A stretch of 64,000 nucleotides of DNA from Minisyncoccota bacterium (GTDB taxonomy: Bacteria > Patescibacteriota > Minisyncoccia > Phycocordibacterales > UBA5272): assembly GCA_041651055.1 (NCBI GenBank), contig JBAZJW010000001.1, positions 373,325 to 437,324 on the forward strand, written 5' to 3'. This document shows positions 36,335 to 46,952 of this stretch, piece after piece (position 1 is the first letter of the stretch; every line of letters begins with the position of its first letter). Under the pieces are notes generated by a model, which was not told the origin of the DNA, made no database searches, and worked only from the letters and a program-made list of their open reading frames with translations. The position numbers were made by a program, and so were the translations under genes.

Positions 36335-36820
36335 ATGTGCTTCAAGGGCTTGGTTACAGGTAGACTTCCTCGCGAGGTATATATCTCAGGTCTCGAAAAT
36401 TTCATCATCTCCACAGTCGACTTCGTTCTCAGAAGAGGTCTCCAGTTCTTTCTGATTAAACGAAAAGGTGGGGCTTTCTCTGGCGAATGGTTCGTCGCTG
36501 GCGGCCGCCAAAACCGTGGAGAGGAAGAATTGACGGCTCTCCACCGCATCGCCAAGCGTGAGCTTGGTGTAAACGAAAAAGATGTCGTCACCGTCAGATT
36601 CTCTCATTGCCAGGATGTATGTAATCCTGCCAGCAAAAATGATGAAGGATCTCTTCCTGAATGGCATTCGAAGTGGCACTTCTACGTGGTCGAAGTGACC
36701 CCTGATTTCAAGCTGAAGCTTGATGAAACCTCTAGCGAGGGGCAATGGTTCACAGAACTTCCAGTCGAAGGGGTCCCGGAGCCCGTCATTCGCGCTCTAA
36801 GAAAATCAGGAATGATTTAA
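36335..36820 (+). CDS. gmm: GDP-mannose mannosyl hydrolase-like Nudix enzyme
   Basis: VDFVLRRG.LQFFLIKRKGGAFSGEWFVAGGR...EELTALHRIAKRELG aligns with E. coli Gmm/WcaH (LDFIVEN..GEFLLGKR...GYWFVPGGR...ETLEAAFERLTMAELG). ~52% GC. Confidence 0.55.
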   Translation: MCFKGLVTGRLPREVYISGLENFIISTVDFVLRRGLQFFLIKRKGGAFSGEWFVAGGRQNRGEEELTALHRIAKRELGVNEKDVVTVRFSHCQDVCNPASKNDEGSLPEWHSKWHFYVVEVTPDFKLKLDETSSEGQWFTELPVEGVPEPVIRALRKSGMI

Positions 36821-36850
36821 CAGGAACAAGGTCCACCTCAGTGGACCTTT

Positions 36851-37642
36851 TTATATAAGATACTGAATTGATTTTCCTGTAAAGATAACTTCTACCGCCA
36901 TGCCTGGATCTATACCCTGATACCCTTTTTTCGTATATTCAAAAATCAAATACTTACCGACGGGACCCATTGCCACAAGCAAGACCACATCCTTTACTAT
37001 TGCGTGTTCTAATTCCCTGTCTAGCTGTTTAGTGATTTCATCATACGAAGCAATAGCGTCAGATTCTGGTGTTTCTATGTAGACAATATTCTTCCACGGA
37101 AGGCTGCCATTACTTTTCAAGCGCTCAGTTGTTTCTCGTCTCGTTATACAAATAATTTTCTTATCTTGTATAACAGGGGCAATTACGTTCTCAAAATACG
37201 TATCATAATAAAAGTTATGGGCATCCATGTAACCTATTTTCTTAGGAAACATAAGAAAGAACATTACCTTAAGAGGTAACCACACGTTGAACTTTCCAAT
37301 CTTTTTTAATTCCTCATTTGAAAAATTAATAAACTGTGGGACAGATAATACATAGTTACTTTCTTGTTTGTACGATGTAACTATTTCCTTGATCATCGTC
37401 TTCAATCTCGGATTAAATGTATGATAGTGATTGTTTAAATCTAGTAGTAGGTTTATTTCCCCATCACCAAGACGGATAATAGATTTACCCTCCTGTGCTA
37501 ATTTAATAATTTCTTCTTTTGTATAAAAATGTTCACTGAAAGAAAAGCCCTTTAGAAAATACGTACACACATACACAATCACATAGAGGGGGTGTTTAAA
37601 TACATACCTTGATAAGAAATTAAAAATTCTTGTAACTGACAT
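36851..37642 (-). CDS. GT-D type glycosyltransferase (DUF1792)
   Basis: SIIRLGDGE matches the DUF1792 hallmark S.IR.GDGE. Confidence 0.55.
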   Translation of the reverse strand: MSVTRIFNFLSRYVFKHPLYVIVYVCTYFLKGFSFSEHFYTKEEIIKLAQEGKSIIRLGDGEINLLLDLNNHYHTFNPRLKTMIKEIVTSYKQESNYVLSVPQFINFSNEELKKIGKFNVWLPLKVMFFLMFPKKIGYMDAHNFYYDTYFENVIAPVIQDKKIICITRRETTERLKSNGSLPWKNIVYIETPESDAIASYDEITKQLDRELEHAIVKDVVLLVAMGPVGKYLIFEYTKKGYQGIDPGMAVEVIFTGKSIQYLI

Positions 37643-37652
37643 GGCGGAAGAC

Positions 37653-39416
37653 TTAGCTTCGTTTTGAAATTAAATAATTACCTAACGCTACATGTGGAAG
37701 ACCTGAATGTTCGAAAGTACGAAGTGCGTCTTCTGGCGTTTCTACGTTTGGTTCACCGTGCAAGTTAAAGCTGGTATTAAGAATACCACCTGAACCCGTT
37801 AATGTCTCATAGTGAGTGATGAGTGCATGATAGTCAGGGTTTACATCCTTCTTAACCATTTGTGGACGAGAGGTAAGATCGTATGGATGAAGTGCCGCAA
37901 TAAGTTCTGTATGTGCTAATTCTTTTGTCGGAAAAGTGATAGCCATAAATGGCGCATACTCATCTTTTTTCAAAACAAGGTAATCATGTCGTCGTTCATA
38001 GAGCATTGACGTAGCAAACGGCATCCAAAAGTCACGACCCTTTATCATTTCATTGATAAGCTTCACATTATCACGCGACGACGGATTCGCAAGAATAGAG
38101 CGGTTACCGAGGGCACGTGCACCCCATTCTGATCTTCCTTTCAATCGTCCGACGACACTGTTATTTGCAAGCAATTCTGCTACTTTTTTCTCCACAGTTA
38201 TTTCACTTTTTGGATCAAAATATTCTACGTCACAATGTTTACAAAACTCGTATTCATCTATTACCTTTTTTATTTCTTCATCAGAATATTCTGACCCAAG
38301 GTAGAGATTATTTATTTTCTTTAAACCTGACAAATCGTGATCATGTAACTTCGCATATCCATGCACCACGTCTCCAATGGCGATTGATTCATCTCCACCT
38401 GATGGCATAACAACGAGGGATCTCACTTCTTTCATCTCGGAAAGATATTGATTTGCCTTCACATTCATAAACACACCACCACCAACAACAATATCAAAAC
38501 AACCGTACTTCTTAATTGAAGCTCTAGCTAAATCTTTTATGATTTCTTCAGTTAACTTTTGTATTCCGTATGCAAGAGAATCGAAGCGGTGCTGATGATA
38601 ATCATGAGCGATAAGATATGGGGTCGCACGACGCATATCTATCGTTGCAACGAGCTGCATCGTATCTTCATCAAACCAGATTAACTCTTTCAACTTCTCA
38701 TATACTTTTTCACCGGAGGATTTTTTTGCATATGGTGCGAGACCCATCACTTTAAATTCATGCTCATTACGAGACATGCCCAGCAAATCTACAAATGACG
38801 CATACAGTAGCCCGAGAGAATTCTCACGTGCAAATCGATGCAGAACTTTAATATCTCCATTTTCAAAAAGATTGATTGATCCACAAAATGTATCCCCTTC
38901 ACCATCTAAAATAAGAATAAGCCGACGAGTGCGTACATCGTCAAGAAGCGGAATAGATGCCCAAGCATGAGAATCGTGATGTGCCATATTTACTATTTCA
39001 GCCCCAGGAAATTCATGAGCCAAAAACTTCTGAACAACTCCAGCAGGATTCTTAAGAGAGAGTCTCCAAGAATTAAGAGTTTCGTTTATCGTATATAATA
39101 AACCACTCAGTGGAATACGATCAATAACGGCTCGCATGAACCACACATTTTGTGTTGGTCGATTTCTATACTCGATAACATCTTGCTTTGTATTCGTTAT
39201 ATGAAGACCCAAGTCCATCCCATCAATAAAAACAAGCCTGAAATTCTCAATGCCATATTTCTTAATAAGGTATGCCAGTGCTTCATGTGGAAATCCTATG
39301 TACTTTTTTACACGAGTAATACGCTCTTCCATCATTGCTTCCACAATTTCACCATCCTTCATCAAAACGACTGTTGCGTCGTGACCAAAATTAACCCCAA
39401 GGAGATATTCACTCAT
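37653..39416 (-). CDS. carbamoyltransferase (NodU/CmcH family)
   Basis: YLLGVNFGHDATVVLMKDGEIVEAMMEERITRVK N-terminal Kae1/YgjD-like domain plus a C-terminal carbamoyltransferase domain. Confidence 0.8.
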   Translation of the reverse strand: MSEYLLGVNFGHDATVVLMKDGEIVEAMMEERITRVKKYIGFPHEALAYLIKKYGIENFRLVFIDGMDLGLHITNTKQDVIEYRNRPTQNVWFMRAVIDRIPLSGLLYTINETLNSWRLSLKNPAGVVQKFLAHEFPGAEIVNMAHHDSHAWASIPLLDDVRTRRLILILDGEGDTFCGSINLFENGDIKVLHRFARENSLGLLYASFVDLLGMSRNEHEFKVMGLAPYAKKSSGEKVYEKLKELIWFDEDTMQLVATIDMRRATPYLIAHDYHQHRFDSLAYGIQKLTEEIIKDLARASIKKYGCFDIVVGGGVFMNVKANQYLSEMKEVRSLVVMPSGGDESIAIGDVVHGYAKLHDHDLSGLKKINNLYLGSEYSDEEIKKVIDEYEFCKHCDVEYFDPKSEITVEKKVAELLANNSVVGRLKGRSEWGARALGNRSILANPSSRDNVKLINEMIKGRDFWMPFATSMLYERRHDYLVLKKDEYAPFMAITFPTKELAHTELIAALHPYDLTSRPQMVKKDVNPDYHALITHYETLTGSGGILNTSFNLHGEPNVETPEDALRTFEHSGLPHVALGNYLISKRS

Positions 39417-39494
39417 AATTATTCAATTATACCATACGCATGTTGGTCTGTATGAATTAAAGGTTTGAACAAAACCACACAGAGAAGCAGCCTT

Positions 39495-40286
39495 TTACCT
39501 TACAACTTTTGCCCAATCTTCCTCTGATTTTCCCGTACCCGTCTCAAAATCAACAGTGTTCTGTTTAACAATAAGAGGCACATACCCGTACAAATTAAAG
39601 TTAGTCTTAAATCGCGCCACGTTCGGTACCTGATCTGCCGTAAGACGAAGTGGTTGTGTAAATGGAAGAAGTTTCTTTGCTCCTTCAAGGGTCAAAATAT
39701 ACGCTCCAGCGTTGTACAATGGACGATAAAATCTTTTTCCAGAAGCATACCAGCTTATTTTCCTAGCAAAAAAGCTCCTGACTTCTTCGAAAATGGAAAG
39801 CGCAATTATGTACGGCGCTTTTATTATTGCATACAAAAAGAATAATGGTTTCTTTTGTATTGTTATGATAGTCGCAATAAACCAGTGATACAAAAAAGTA
39901 ATTCCGTCATAGCGATAATCAAACGACAGCCAATCCCATTTTTTATTCTTAGTATTAATTTCTTTTTCTATGATCAAAATAAAATCCGCGGGTAGCATAA
40001 TATCATCTTCCAGAATAACAGCGTATGGAATTTTTTCTTGTACAATTCTCTCATACACTAACGCATGAGCCACTGCACACCCCTTCTCACCAAAGTAGAG
40101 GGGTTTACCATGCTCCTCTATAGCACGCACAGCGTCATACCTTTCCACAACACGTGCGTCATCTCCATAAATACCATCAACAAATTCGTACTTCGCACCA
40201 AGTGCTTGTAGCTGCTTTTCGACAGCTTCTTTTTTCTTTACATCTATCGGCAAGTTGATGACAAAAATGGGAAATGATTGAATCAT
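39495..40286 (-). CDS. glycosyltransferase family 25 (LPS-type)
   Basis: FPIFVINLPIDVKKKEAVEKQL...YEFVDG matches the GT25 N-terminal pattern. Confidence 0.65.
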   Translation of the reverse strand: MIQSFPIFVINLPIDVKKKEAVEKQLQALGAKYEFVDGIYGDDARVVERYDAVRAIEEHGKPLYFGEKGCAVAHALVYERIVQEKIPYAVILEDDIMLPADFILIIEKEINTKNKKWDWLSFDYRYDGITFLYHWFIATIITIQKKPLFFLYAIIKAPYIIALSIFEEVRSFFARKISWYASGKRFYRPLYNAGAYILTLEGAKKLLPFTQPLRLTADQVPNVARFKTNFNLYGYVPLIVKQNTVDFETGTGKSEEDWAKVVR

Positions 40287-40292
40287 ATATCT

Positions 40293-41579
40293 CTATTTCT
40301 TATTAAGATTAAAGTAAAACAGCAGGGCGGAAAACGTATACGCAATGACTGTCGCAGATGCCGTCCCAACAATACCATATATAGGAGTTAACATATAAAT
40401 TAAAACTACATTTACGATTAAAGAACTGCCAAAAATCATAACCTGATGATGGTATTTATCTTTAACCCCATAAACGTTAATAAAAAAAGATATTAAAAAC
40501 ATAGCGGGTATAGAAAGAGAATAGACACGCAAAACTGGGACAGACTCAATAAATTTACTACCGTACAAAATTTTAACAGCTAACGGTGCGAATATTAAGA
40601 AAATAAAAAATATGAAAAATCCAATTCCTACATAATAAAACATTATTTTTTTTAAATTACTTTTTGACTCATCATTATCTTTAGTGGAAATATAAGCTAT
40701 ACGCGAAACCAGCGCGTTAGACAAAACACCAGCTAAAAAATTTGGAACATCCGAAATTCTAACTGCGGCAGAATAAATACCCAAAGTGTAAGCATTCGAC
40801 ACTGTCGCAAGAATTAATTGGTCAATACGAAGTAATAATTGCCAAAATATCAAAGAGGCAATACTTAAACGAATAGAATACAAAAAAATAAAAGAACTAA
40901 TAAGAGAAGGTAACCTAAAAGAATAAAAAACTTTTCTCCACTCTGACGATTTCAAAAAATACGTGCTAAAAATAAGACCGGCTAAAATTAAATCAAACGC
41001 TGAAATAACAATAAACCAAATTAGAGGAGCTTTGAGAAGCACAAAAGACACTTTCAAAATAAGCATGATGCCTGCATTAAGCATTTGTACAATTGAAACC
41101 AATTTTGCACGATTATTTACAATCGCATAAATTGAAAAAGTATTTAAGGACTGTAAAGAAATTGTGACAAGGATTATACTAACAAAAGTTGCAACGTCTT
41201 TTGGCAATACATACCATGCAGAAATAAGACCCATCAAAGACAATACTATATAAATATTAAACTTGTGCCCAAGGTATACTTTAAAATCTTCATGTTGGTG
41301 CTGACTTCTTACTAATTTCCAACCAAAGTAAAAATCCATTCCACTGATCACTGTCAAAAAAGCCCCAACATAATTTATAACGAAACTATAAAGACCTAAA
41401 TTTGTAGGGCCGAGATACCGGGAAACAATAATTACACTAATAAAGCTGGCTCCTTGTATAAAAACTTGAGCCAAAGTATACCAAGACAACTCCTTAAAAA
41501 GGGGCCTTAATAAAAGATTTTTAACACTAGAAACTAGTTTTGTATACATAATTACCTTCTTATACGCACATTGTAGCAT
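40293..41579 (-). CDS. oligosaccharide flippase (Wzx / MOP superfamily)
   Basis: 428 aa with about 12 TM helices; polysaccharide-biosynthesis-protein-like pattern. Confidence 0.6.
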   Translation of the reverse strand: MLQCAYKKVIMYTKLVSSVKNLLLRPLFKELSWYTLAQVFIQGASFISVIIVSRYLGPTNLGLYSFVINYVGAFLTVISGMDFYFGWKLVRSQHQHEDFKVYLGHKFNIYIVLSLMGLISAWYVLPKDVATFVSIILVTISLQSLNTFSIYAIVNNRAKLVSIVQMLNAGIMLILKVSFVLLKAPLIWFIVISAFDLILAGLIFSTYFLKSSEWRKVFYSFRLPSLISSFIFLYSIRLSIASLIFWQLLLRIDQLILATVSNAYTLGIYSAAVRISDVPNFLAGVLSNALVSRIAYISTKDNDESKSNLKKIMFYYVGIGFFIFFIFLIFAPLAVKILYGSKFIESVPVLRVYSLSIPAMFLISFFINVYGVKDKYHHQVMIFGSSLIVNVVLIYMLTPIYGIVGTASATVIAYTFSALLFYFNLNKK

Positions 41580-41617
41580 TTAGACTTGAATAAGGACTAT
41601 CTTTACAAATACCCTTC

Positions 41618-42430
41618 TTAAATTAAAGATTTTAATAAACCTCTTATTTTTTTACCCAAAATAACTAAAAAGAAAAACCCTCTCTTCCAGAGCTGAATAT
41701 GATTACTCAAAACTAAACTCTTAAGAAAGAAAAGGTTGCTACCAATAGCCAAAGATTCTGTACCATGTTTTCTGAGTCCTGTTACATTATTCAAATGCTG
41801 TCTGTAATCTTGTAAATATTCATCTATAAAAAATGGTTTAGCTGGCCAAATCGCTAACTGAATCCAAGAATCATGACTCGGTGTGTGTGGAGGGGCTGGC
41901 CAAATATTTTTTAAAAGGGAAGCTCTAAATGATGTAGCACATCCTAATATGCATGAACCCCATGTATAATACGAAAGCCTTCTTCTTTCCTTGTCATAAT
42001 AATTACTACCTATAAAATCTTTTAAGCACCCTATTGGTTTATTTTCTTCATTAGTAACCACCACTTTATTGTATACCCACTGGATTGATTTATCCTTATA
42101 TTTATCCATATGAAGTTGTATTTTATTTGAATACCAAACATCGTCGCAATCGCATAAAAAAATGATCTCACCGTTACAACGAGATATGGCTTCTGTAAAA
42201 TTCGAAAGAACTCCACGTTCTCGAAGGCTAGCAGACCAACGAATTCTTTTATCCTTACCCGCATATTCTGATAAAATATTTTGAGTATTATCCGTACTAC
42301 CATCATCACTAATAACAACTTCAATATTTGAATAAGTCTGAGAAAGCAGTGAATCTAACTGATCACGTATAAACCGTTCACTGTTGTAAACAGTCATAGC
42401 AACTGAAACAAGTGGATTTTTAATGCTCAT
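41618..42430 (-). CDS. glycosyltransferase family 2
   Basis: VSVAMTVYNSERFIRDQLDSLLSQTY...VVISDDGSTDNT. Confidence 0.7.
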   Translation of the reverse strand: MSIKNPLVSVAMTVYNSERFIRDQLDSLLSQTYSNIEVVISDDGSTDNTQNILSEYAGKDKRIRWSASLRERGVLSNFTEAISRCNGEIIFLCDCDDVWYSNKIQLHMDKYKDKSIQWVYNKVVVTNEENKPIGCLKDFIGSNYYDKERRRLSYYTWGSCILGCATSFRASLLKNIWPAPPHTPSHDSWIQLAIWPAKPFFIDEYLQDYRQHLNNVTGLRKHGTESLAIGSNLFFLKSLVLSNHIQLWKRGFFFLVILGKKIRGLLKSLI

Positions 42431-42469
42431 ATTTTATGATTTATAGACATGAACTCATACGTTCATATG

Positions 42470-43480
42470 TTACTGACGACACATTGTTACACAGATAATA
42501 TTAGATTTTCTCAAACATAACGATGAGTTAGAAAAAAGAATATTCAGGAATTCACGAACTTTCTTTATCATATGAAGTATCATTTTCAAAAAGACATACA
42601 TATGAAATTTTTCTGTTAAAATTCGTAATTTTGATTTTACATAACGAGGATATAAAACATCTCCATTTTTTGTAAAAAAACTTGTTCGCACAGAAAGATT
42701 TGGTATCTCTGGTTTTAATAAAGTACCAAAAAAAATATTATAAAAACCAAATGAGAAGAAAGAAGCTTTCAAGCCCAACATCTCAGCAAAGGAACTAATA
42801 CCTTTTTCAGAAAACCATGTCAAATGAACAGGAGGTAGATCTGTTCCCCATAATGTTTTATCGGGATGCCATGAACGGTTCGGAGTAGTAAGAATTAATA
42901 TACCTTCTGGACTAAGCAAAGTCATGGCATGTTCAATATATTTCTTAGGGTCATGAACATGTTCTATTAACTCAAGCATACAGATTGCATCATAACCACC
43001 CCCTATTCCTTTAAAACTAAAAAAATTTTCGCATACAAAATAATCACCGTACCTGCTGGTGGCTTTCTCTATAGCATTACTGGAAATATCTAAACCTGTG
43101 GCTTTATATCCTCCTTTAACTAAGGCATATGTCATGTAACCAAGACCACAACCAACATCTAAAATGTTACCGTTTTTCGTTATGTTTTTATCAATACTTT
43201 TTACAACGCTGTAATACATCTCCTCTTTAAACTTCAAAAACCTAAGAGGGTTACTTGAATAAAGAATTTCTTCAGCATATTCGTTATACCTCATATACCC
43301 TGGCGTATCTTTTTCTGAATAAATAAGATTATACACAGAACTCTCTTCTGTGTGTGGCGAAGACCATTTTGTGCCACAGGAAAAGCAAGAACATATAAAA
43401 TAAAAAGCCCCTTGAACATATCCTTCTATTTGAGATTCTTTTAAGATATTTTGACTGCCGCACGCTATACAAGTTTCCAT
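42470..43480 (-). CDS. class I SAM methyltransferase with an N-terminal Zn-ribbon
   Basis: CIACGS...CSCFSCG ribbon; ILDVGCGLGYMTYAL motif I. Paralog of 44564..45568. Confidence 0.65.
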   Translation of the reverse strand: METCIACGSQNILKESQIEGYVQGAFYFICSCFSCGTKWSSPHTEESSVYNLIYSEKDTPGYMRYNEYAEEILYSSNPLRFLKFKEEMYYSVVKSIDKNITKNGNILDVGCGLGYMTYALVKGGYKATGLDISSNAIEKATSRYGDYFVCENFFSFKGIGGGYDAICMLELIEHVHDPKKYIEHAMTLLSPEGILILTTPNRSWHPDKTLWGTDLPPVHLTWFSEKGISSFAEMLGLKASFFSFGFYNIFFGTLLKPEIPNLSVRTSFFTKNGDVLYPRYVKSKLRILTEKFHMYVFLKMILHMIKKVREFLNILFSNSSLCLRKSNIICVTMCRQ

Positions 43481-43626
43481 AATTAACCAACAGTATAAAA
43501 CAATAATTCATTTATCGCTATTATCGTCACATTTCTTTTCATTATTATATTAATACGAAAGTAGTTTTACCCATTCATAACATTATGGCATTAGTCTAAT
43601 TGAATATATGGTAAAATTAAAGCACA

Positions 43627-44574
43627 ATGAAAAACATAGCTCTCGTAACAGTAACCTACAACGCCGGTAAAAACCTCCCATTTTTCCTCCCCTCTCTCGT
43701 GCAAAATAAAGAGATAATCTCTCATGTTTACTTTGTCGATAACAATTCTAAGGACACTACACTCTCGACACTTGAGACGTTTAAAAAACTAGAAGAAGAA
43801 AGTTTTGATGTACATATTATTTCCAATAGAAAAAATTACGGGTACACACATGCGGTAAACAGTGGTATTCAAAAAGCTCTTGATGATGGATTTAAATATA
43901 TCTGTGTAACCAACAACGACATTGCTTTTGAACATGGATTCTTTGCCAAAATGCTAAGCGAGTTCACAGAAAACACCATAGACGCTCTCGGTGTACCAGC
44001 AAGTATCAATGAACACGACCTTGGTCTCGGCTATAGTTTGGACAGCACAACGTATGCGCCGAAAAAAGATCAACCAATAAAAAGAAAAGATATACAGAGA
44101 GAAATTCTCAAAAACCCCCTACCTTCAATCGACTTCCCTCATGGTGGCACCATTCTTTTCAGCAGATACTTTTTTGAAAATATCGGCCTCTATGATCACC
44201 ATTTATTCTTCGGTGGCGATGAACTAGATTTTTTGTATCGTGTCACCGCATACAATGCTGCACATGATACAAAAATAAAATGCGCCGTCTCGCTTACTTC
44301 TTTTTTAAAACTAGACAATCTCTCTCATCATAATAATGGTAATAAATTCATAAAAGCCAGAGGCATGCTACAAGGAAATGCTCGTGTACATTTGAAACAC
44401 ACATCCACACCATTTCAATCAAAACTTTATAGAGAGCAGCATTCGCTCATTCAATCATTAGCAAAAGGAAGCCTCATGAGATACATTGCACTTTATCTCT
44501 TTGCACTTCGTGGACTCTGTATAGAAATATATAGGTACTATCGAGATTCTATGGTACAAAAAATTACTTCGTAA
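43627..44574 (+). CDS. glycosyltransferase family 2
   Basis: IALVTVTYNAGKNL...YFVDNNSKD. Confidence 0.6.
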   Translation: MKNIALVTVTYNAGKNLPFFLPSLVQNKEIISHVYFVDNNSKDTTLSTLETFKKLEEESFDVHIISNRKNYGYTHAVNSGIQKALDDGFKYICVTNNDIAFEHGFFAKMLSEFTENTIDALGVPASINEHDLGLGYSLDSTTYAPKKDQPIKRKDIQREILKNPLPSIDFPHGGTILFSRYFFENIGLYDHHLFFGGDELDFLYRVTAYNAAHDTKIKCAVSLTSFLKLDNLSHHNNGNKFIKARGMLQGNARVHLKHTSTPFQSKLYREQHSLIQSLAKGSLMRYIALYLFALRGLCIEIYRYYRDSMVQKITS

Positions 44575-45568
44575 TTACAATACACATCGAGGAAGATCGT
44601 GAAGAAGGTGTCTTGTGTTTCAATCGAAGCTTTATGTACGCTAACAGCGAATGTAATCTTACACCGAGTAATTTCGATTTCCAACTATACACGACTTGCT
44701 TGGGATCAACGTCTCCACTCGCGAGCAGACGTGGCAAACTTGCCTGTATCTGCTCCATGGAAGAGTCTGCGCCATAGTCGAAGAACTTTGTTGTGTATGG
44801 AGTAAAATCAATAAACTCACATTTCTTACCAAAACTCTTTGCGACAGTAGAGAGACTTTCTTCGGCAAACCACCATAAGTGAACGGGCGGCACATCACTC
44901 TGCCACACGGTTCCTTGTTTAGATTTATTTTTATTTGGTGTCGTCATTATCAACGTACCTCCGTCTTTAAGCAGAGAAAGTGCGGCTTCTATAAAAGCTT
45001 TAGGATCTTCTACGTGCTCTATCAATTCTGTCATGATTACACAATCAAATAATTCTTTTTTATTCTTAGCCACCACAAACAAATCCCCTGCTTCATAAAA
45101 GTTTCCATATCGTTCTGTTGCCTTTGCCACAGCTTCTTTAGAAAGATCTAAGCCTGTCGTCGCATACCCCGCTTTATTCAAGCTGTAGGTTAAATACCCC
45201 AAACCACTTCCTATTTCCAAAACAGAAATATCTTTTTTATTTGGAAAGCTTTTTTGTAATGCTTCTCGTACTGCCCAGTAGGTATTCTCTAAATTAGCTA
45301 AAACATCAAGTGGGTTCTTCACTTTTTTTACAAGCTCCGCAAACCGGTGATACCTCATGTATCCTGGAATAATCTCGACTTGTCGATAAATGTGATTATA
45401 TATTCTTTCGTCTGATTTTGCAGGATCCACAAAACTCGCCTTACAATTTACACATTCATAAATATCAAACTTTGAATTTTCAATATAGCCAAGCATTCCT
45501 ATATACGTACGTTTTACTTCACCGTCACACAAAGAGCATTTTTTAGTATGCATAATAGTATTATTCAT
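44564..45568 (-). CDS. class I SAM methyltransferase with an N-terminal Zn-ribbon (paralog)
   Basis: CSLCDG...CVNCKA ribbon; VLEIGSGLGYLTYSL motif I. The domain order is shared with 42470..43480. Confidence 0.65.
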   Translation of the reverse strand: MNNTIMHTKKCSLCDGEVKRTYIGMLGYIENSKFDIYECVNCKASFVDPAKSDERIYNHIYRQVEIIPGYMRYHRFAELVKKVKNPLDVLANLENTYWAVREALQKSFPNKKDISVLEIGSGLGYLTYSLNKAGYATTGLDLSKEAVAKATERYGNFYEAGDLFVVAKNKKELFDCVIMTELIEHVEDPKAFIEAALSLLKDGGTLIMTTPNKNKSKQGTVWQSDVPPVHLWWFAEESLSTVAKSFGKKCEFIDFTPYTTKFFDYGADSSMEQIQASLPRLLASGDVDPKQVVYSWKSKLLGVRLHSLLAYIKLRLKHKTPSSRSSSMCIVITK

Positions 45569-45601
45569 GGGAATGATTATACCAATATTTTTTGGTCTAC
45601 A

Positions 45602-46948
45602 CTATCTCCCAAACAACCCCTTAAACCATGCGACGATTCGGGTGTCTTTTTGTGTGTGGACAACTCGTGTGACAGATGTAGTGCTGGCGACGATAGTGGA
45701 TGTCGCAGCAGATGCGTGGGGCACTGTTTTCACTATAACCTTTTGATATACACGAGCAGGTGCTTGTATGAGAATGCTTTTTATCGGCATGGTCGTAGCA
45801 ATCGTCGTAGTCGCAGCACCCAACACCAACCCTTCATCTTTAATGTATTTCGTCACTTCTTCTTGATTCGGAAAAAGAATTTGAACAACCGTGCCAGACG
45901 AAATAGTACTACTTGCGAATCCCATCGCTACACCAGAAAAATGTGTTACACCACCGGCAGCGAGTAATGTGTTTTTTGGAAAAGGAAAAGCAGAACCATT
46001 TATCAAAAGTTTCCATTGAGAAAAATCTAAGTCGTACGGGTTCGGATTCGTAATATCTACATACGTGCCATATTTGCCAGAAGCAATAGCACTGATGGCA
46101 ATATCTGGAGGCACGACACGCACCGTCATACGACCTGTACCAGCCACGTATCCATTCGTACCTTCCACTTGCGCGACGTACCTGCCGGCATACGCATACC
46201 GATACTTTGTCGACGTGCCGACGGCTTGTCCCCCATCACCAAAGGCCCATGTGCATGTGAGTCCATCAATAGTTTTGCCAGCGCGCGTCATACCATACGT
46301 ACTGAATTCTGTTTCAGCACCAGCGACGACGGTTTTTTCAAACGGCATATACAAAATAATATCAGGCGATGGTGGAGACATTTGTGCGACGGTCACTTGA
46401 TGCTCTGTCGTTGTGGTCGCTGTCGTATCTGTCGGAGTCGTTGTGTCGACGACAGCTGGCGCACTATTTTCTGATCCCGGTGTCGGCGTCGTTTGAATAA
46501 AGCTTCCGTTCACACGTGATAAAGTCATACCCTCTTTTGCTGCCGTATAGGACGAAAGAATGTCTAAGGAGACACCGTTTAGTTTTATTTCAATCGATGT
46601 AACACCAGTGTTCACTAAACTTATAGAACTTTTAAAAAGTGAACCATTGTATAGTGGGTAGTCCTGCAAAAATTTCGTCACCCCACTTACGGTCGAAGCA
46701 ATAATCGCATACTCTCCCGCATTAAGCGTCGTACCCCCTGAAAGGGGTGTAGTCACGATTGCTGCACCTCCTTTTATGGAAATAGTAAGCGCAGAAATAT
46801 CCACCGGTACTGTCGTATCGTTATACAATTCCACCCACTCTCTCCCTCCATCATCTCCTGTCGGATTAGACATAATCTCACTTATCAAAAGCGCATGTGT
46901 ACTCATGGTGCCGCTCATAAAAAGTGAAAGGATGAGGAGTTTTTTCAT
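45602..46948 (-). CDS. secreted lamin-tail-domain (LTD) protein
   Basis: Signal peptide MKKLLILSLFMSGTMSTHA. Two LTD-like segments (LISEIMSNPTGDDGGREWVELYN...ISALTI and YVDITNPNPYDLDFSQWKLL) and a T-rich linker. Confidence 0.6.
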   Translation of the reverse strand: MKKLLILSLFMSGTMSTHALLISEIMSNPTGDDGGREWVELYNDTTVPVDISALTISIKGGAAIVTTPLSGGTTLNAGEYAIIASTVSGVTKFLQDYPLYNGSLFKSSISLVNTGVTSIEIKLNGVSLDILSSYTAAKEGMTLSRVNGSFIQTTPTPGSENSAPAVVDTTTPTDTTATTTTEHQVTVAQMSPPSPDIILYMPFEKTVVAGAETEFSTYGMTRAGKTIDGLTCTWAFGDGGQAVGTSTKYRYAYAGRYVAQVEGTNGYVAGTGRMTVRVVPPDIAISAIASGKYGTYVDITNPNPYDLDFSQWKLLINGSAFPFPKNTLLAAGGVTHFSGVAMGFASSTISSGTVVQILFPNQEEVTKYIKDEGLVLGAATTTIATTMPIKSILIQAPARVYQKVIVKTVPHASAATSTIVASTTSVTRVVHTQKDTRIVAWFKGLFGR

Positions 46949-46952
46949 AGTG

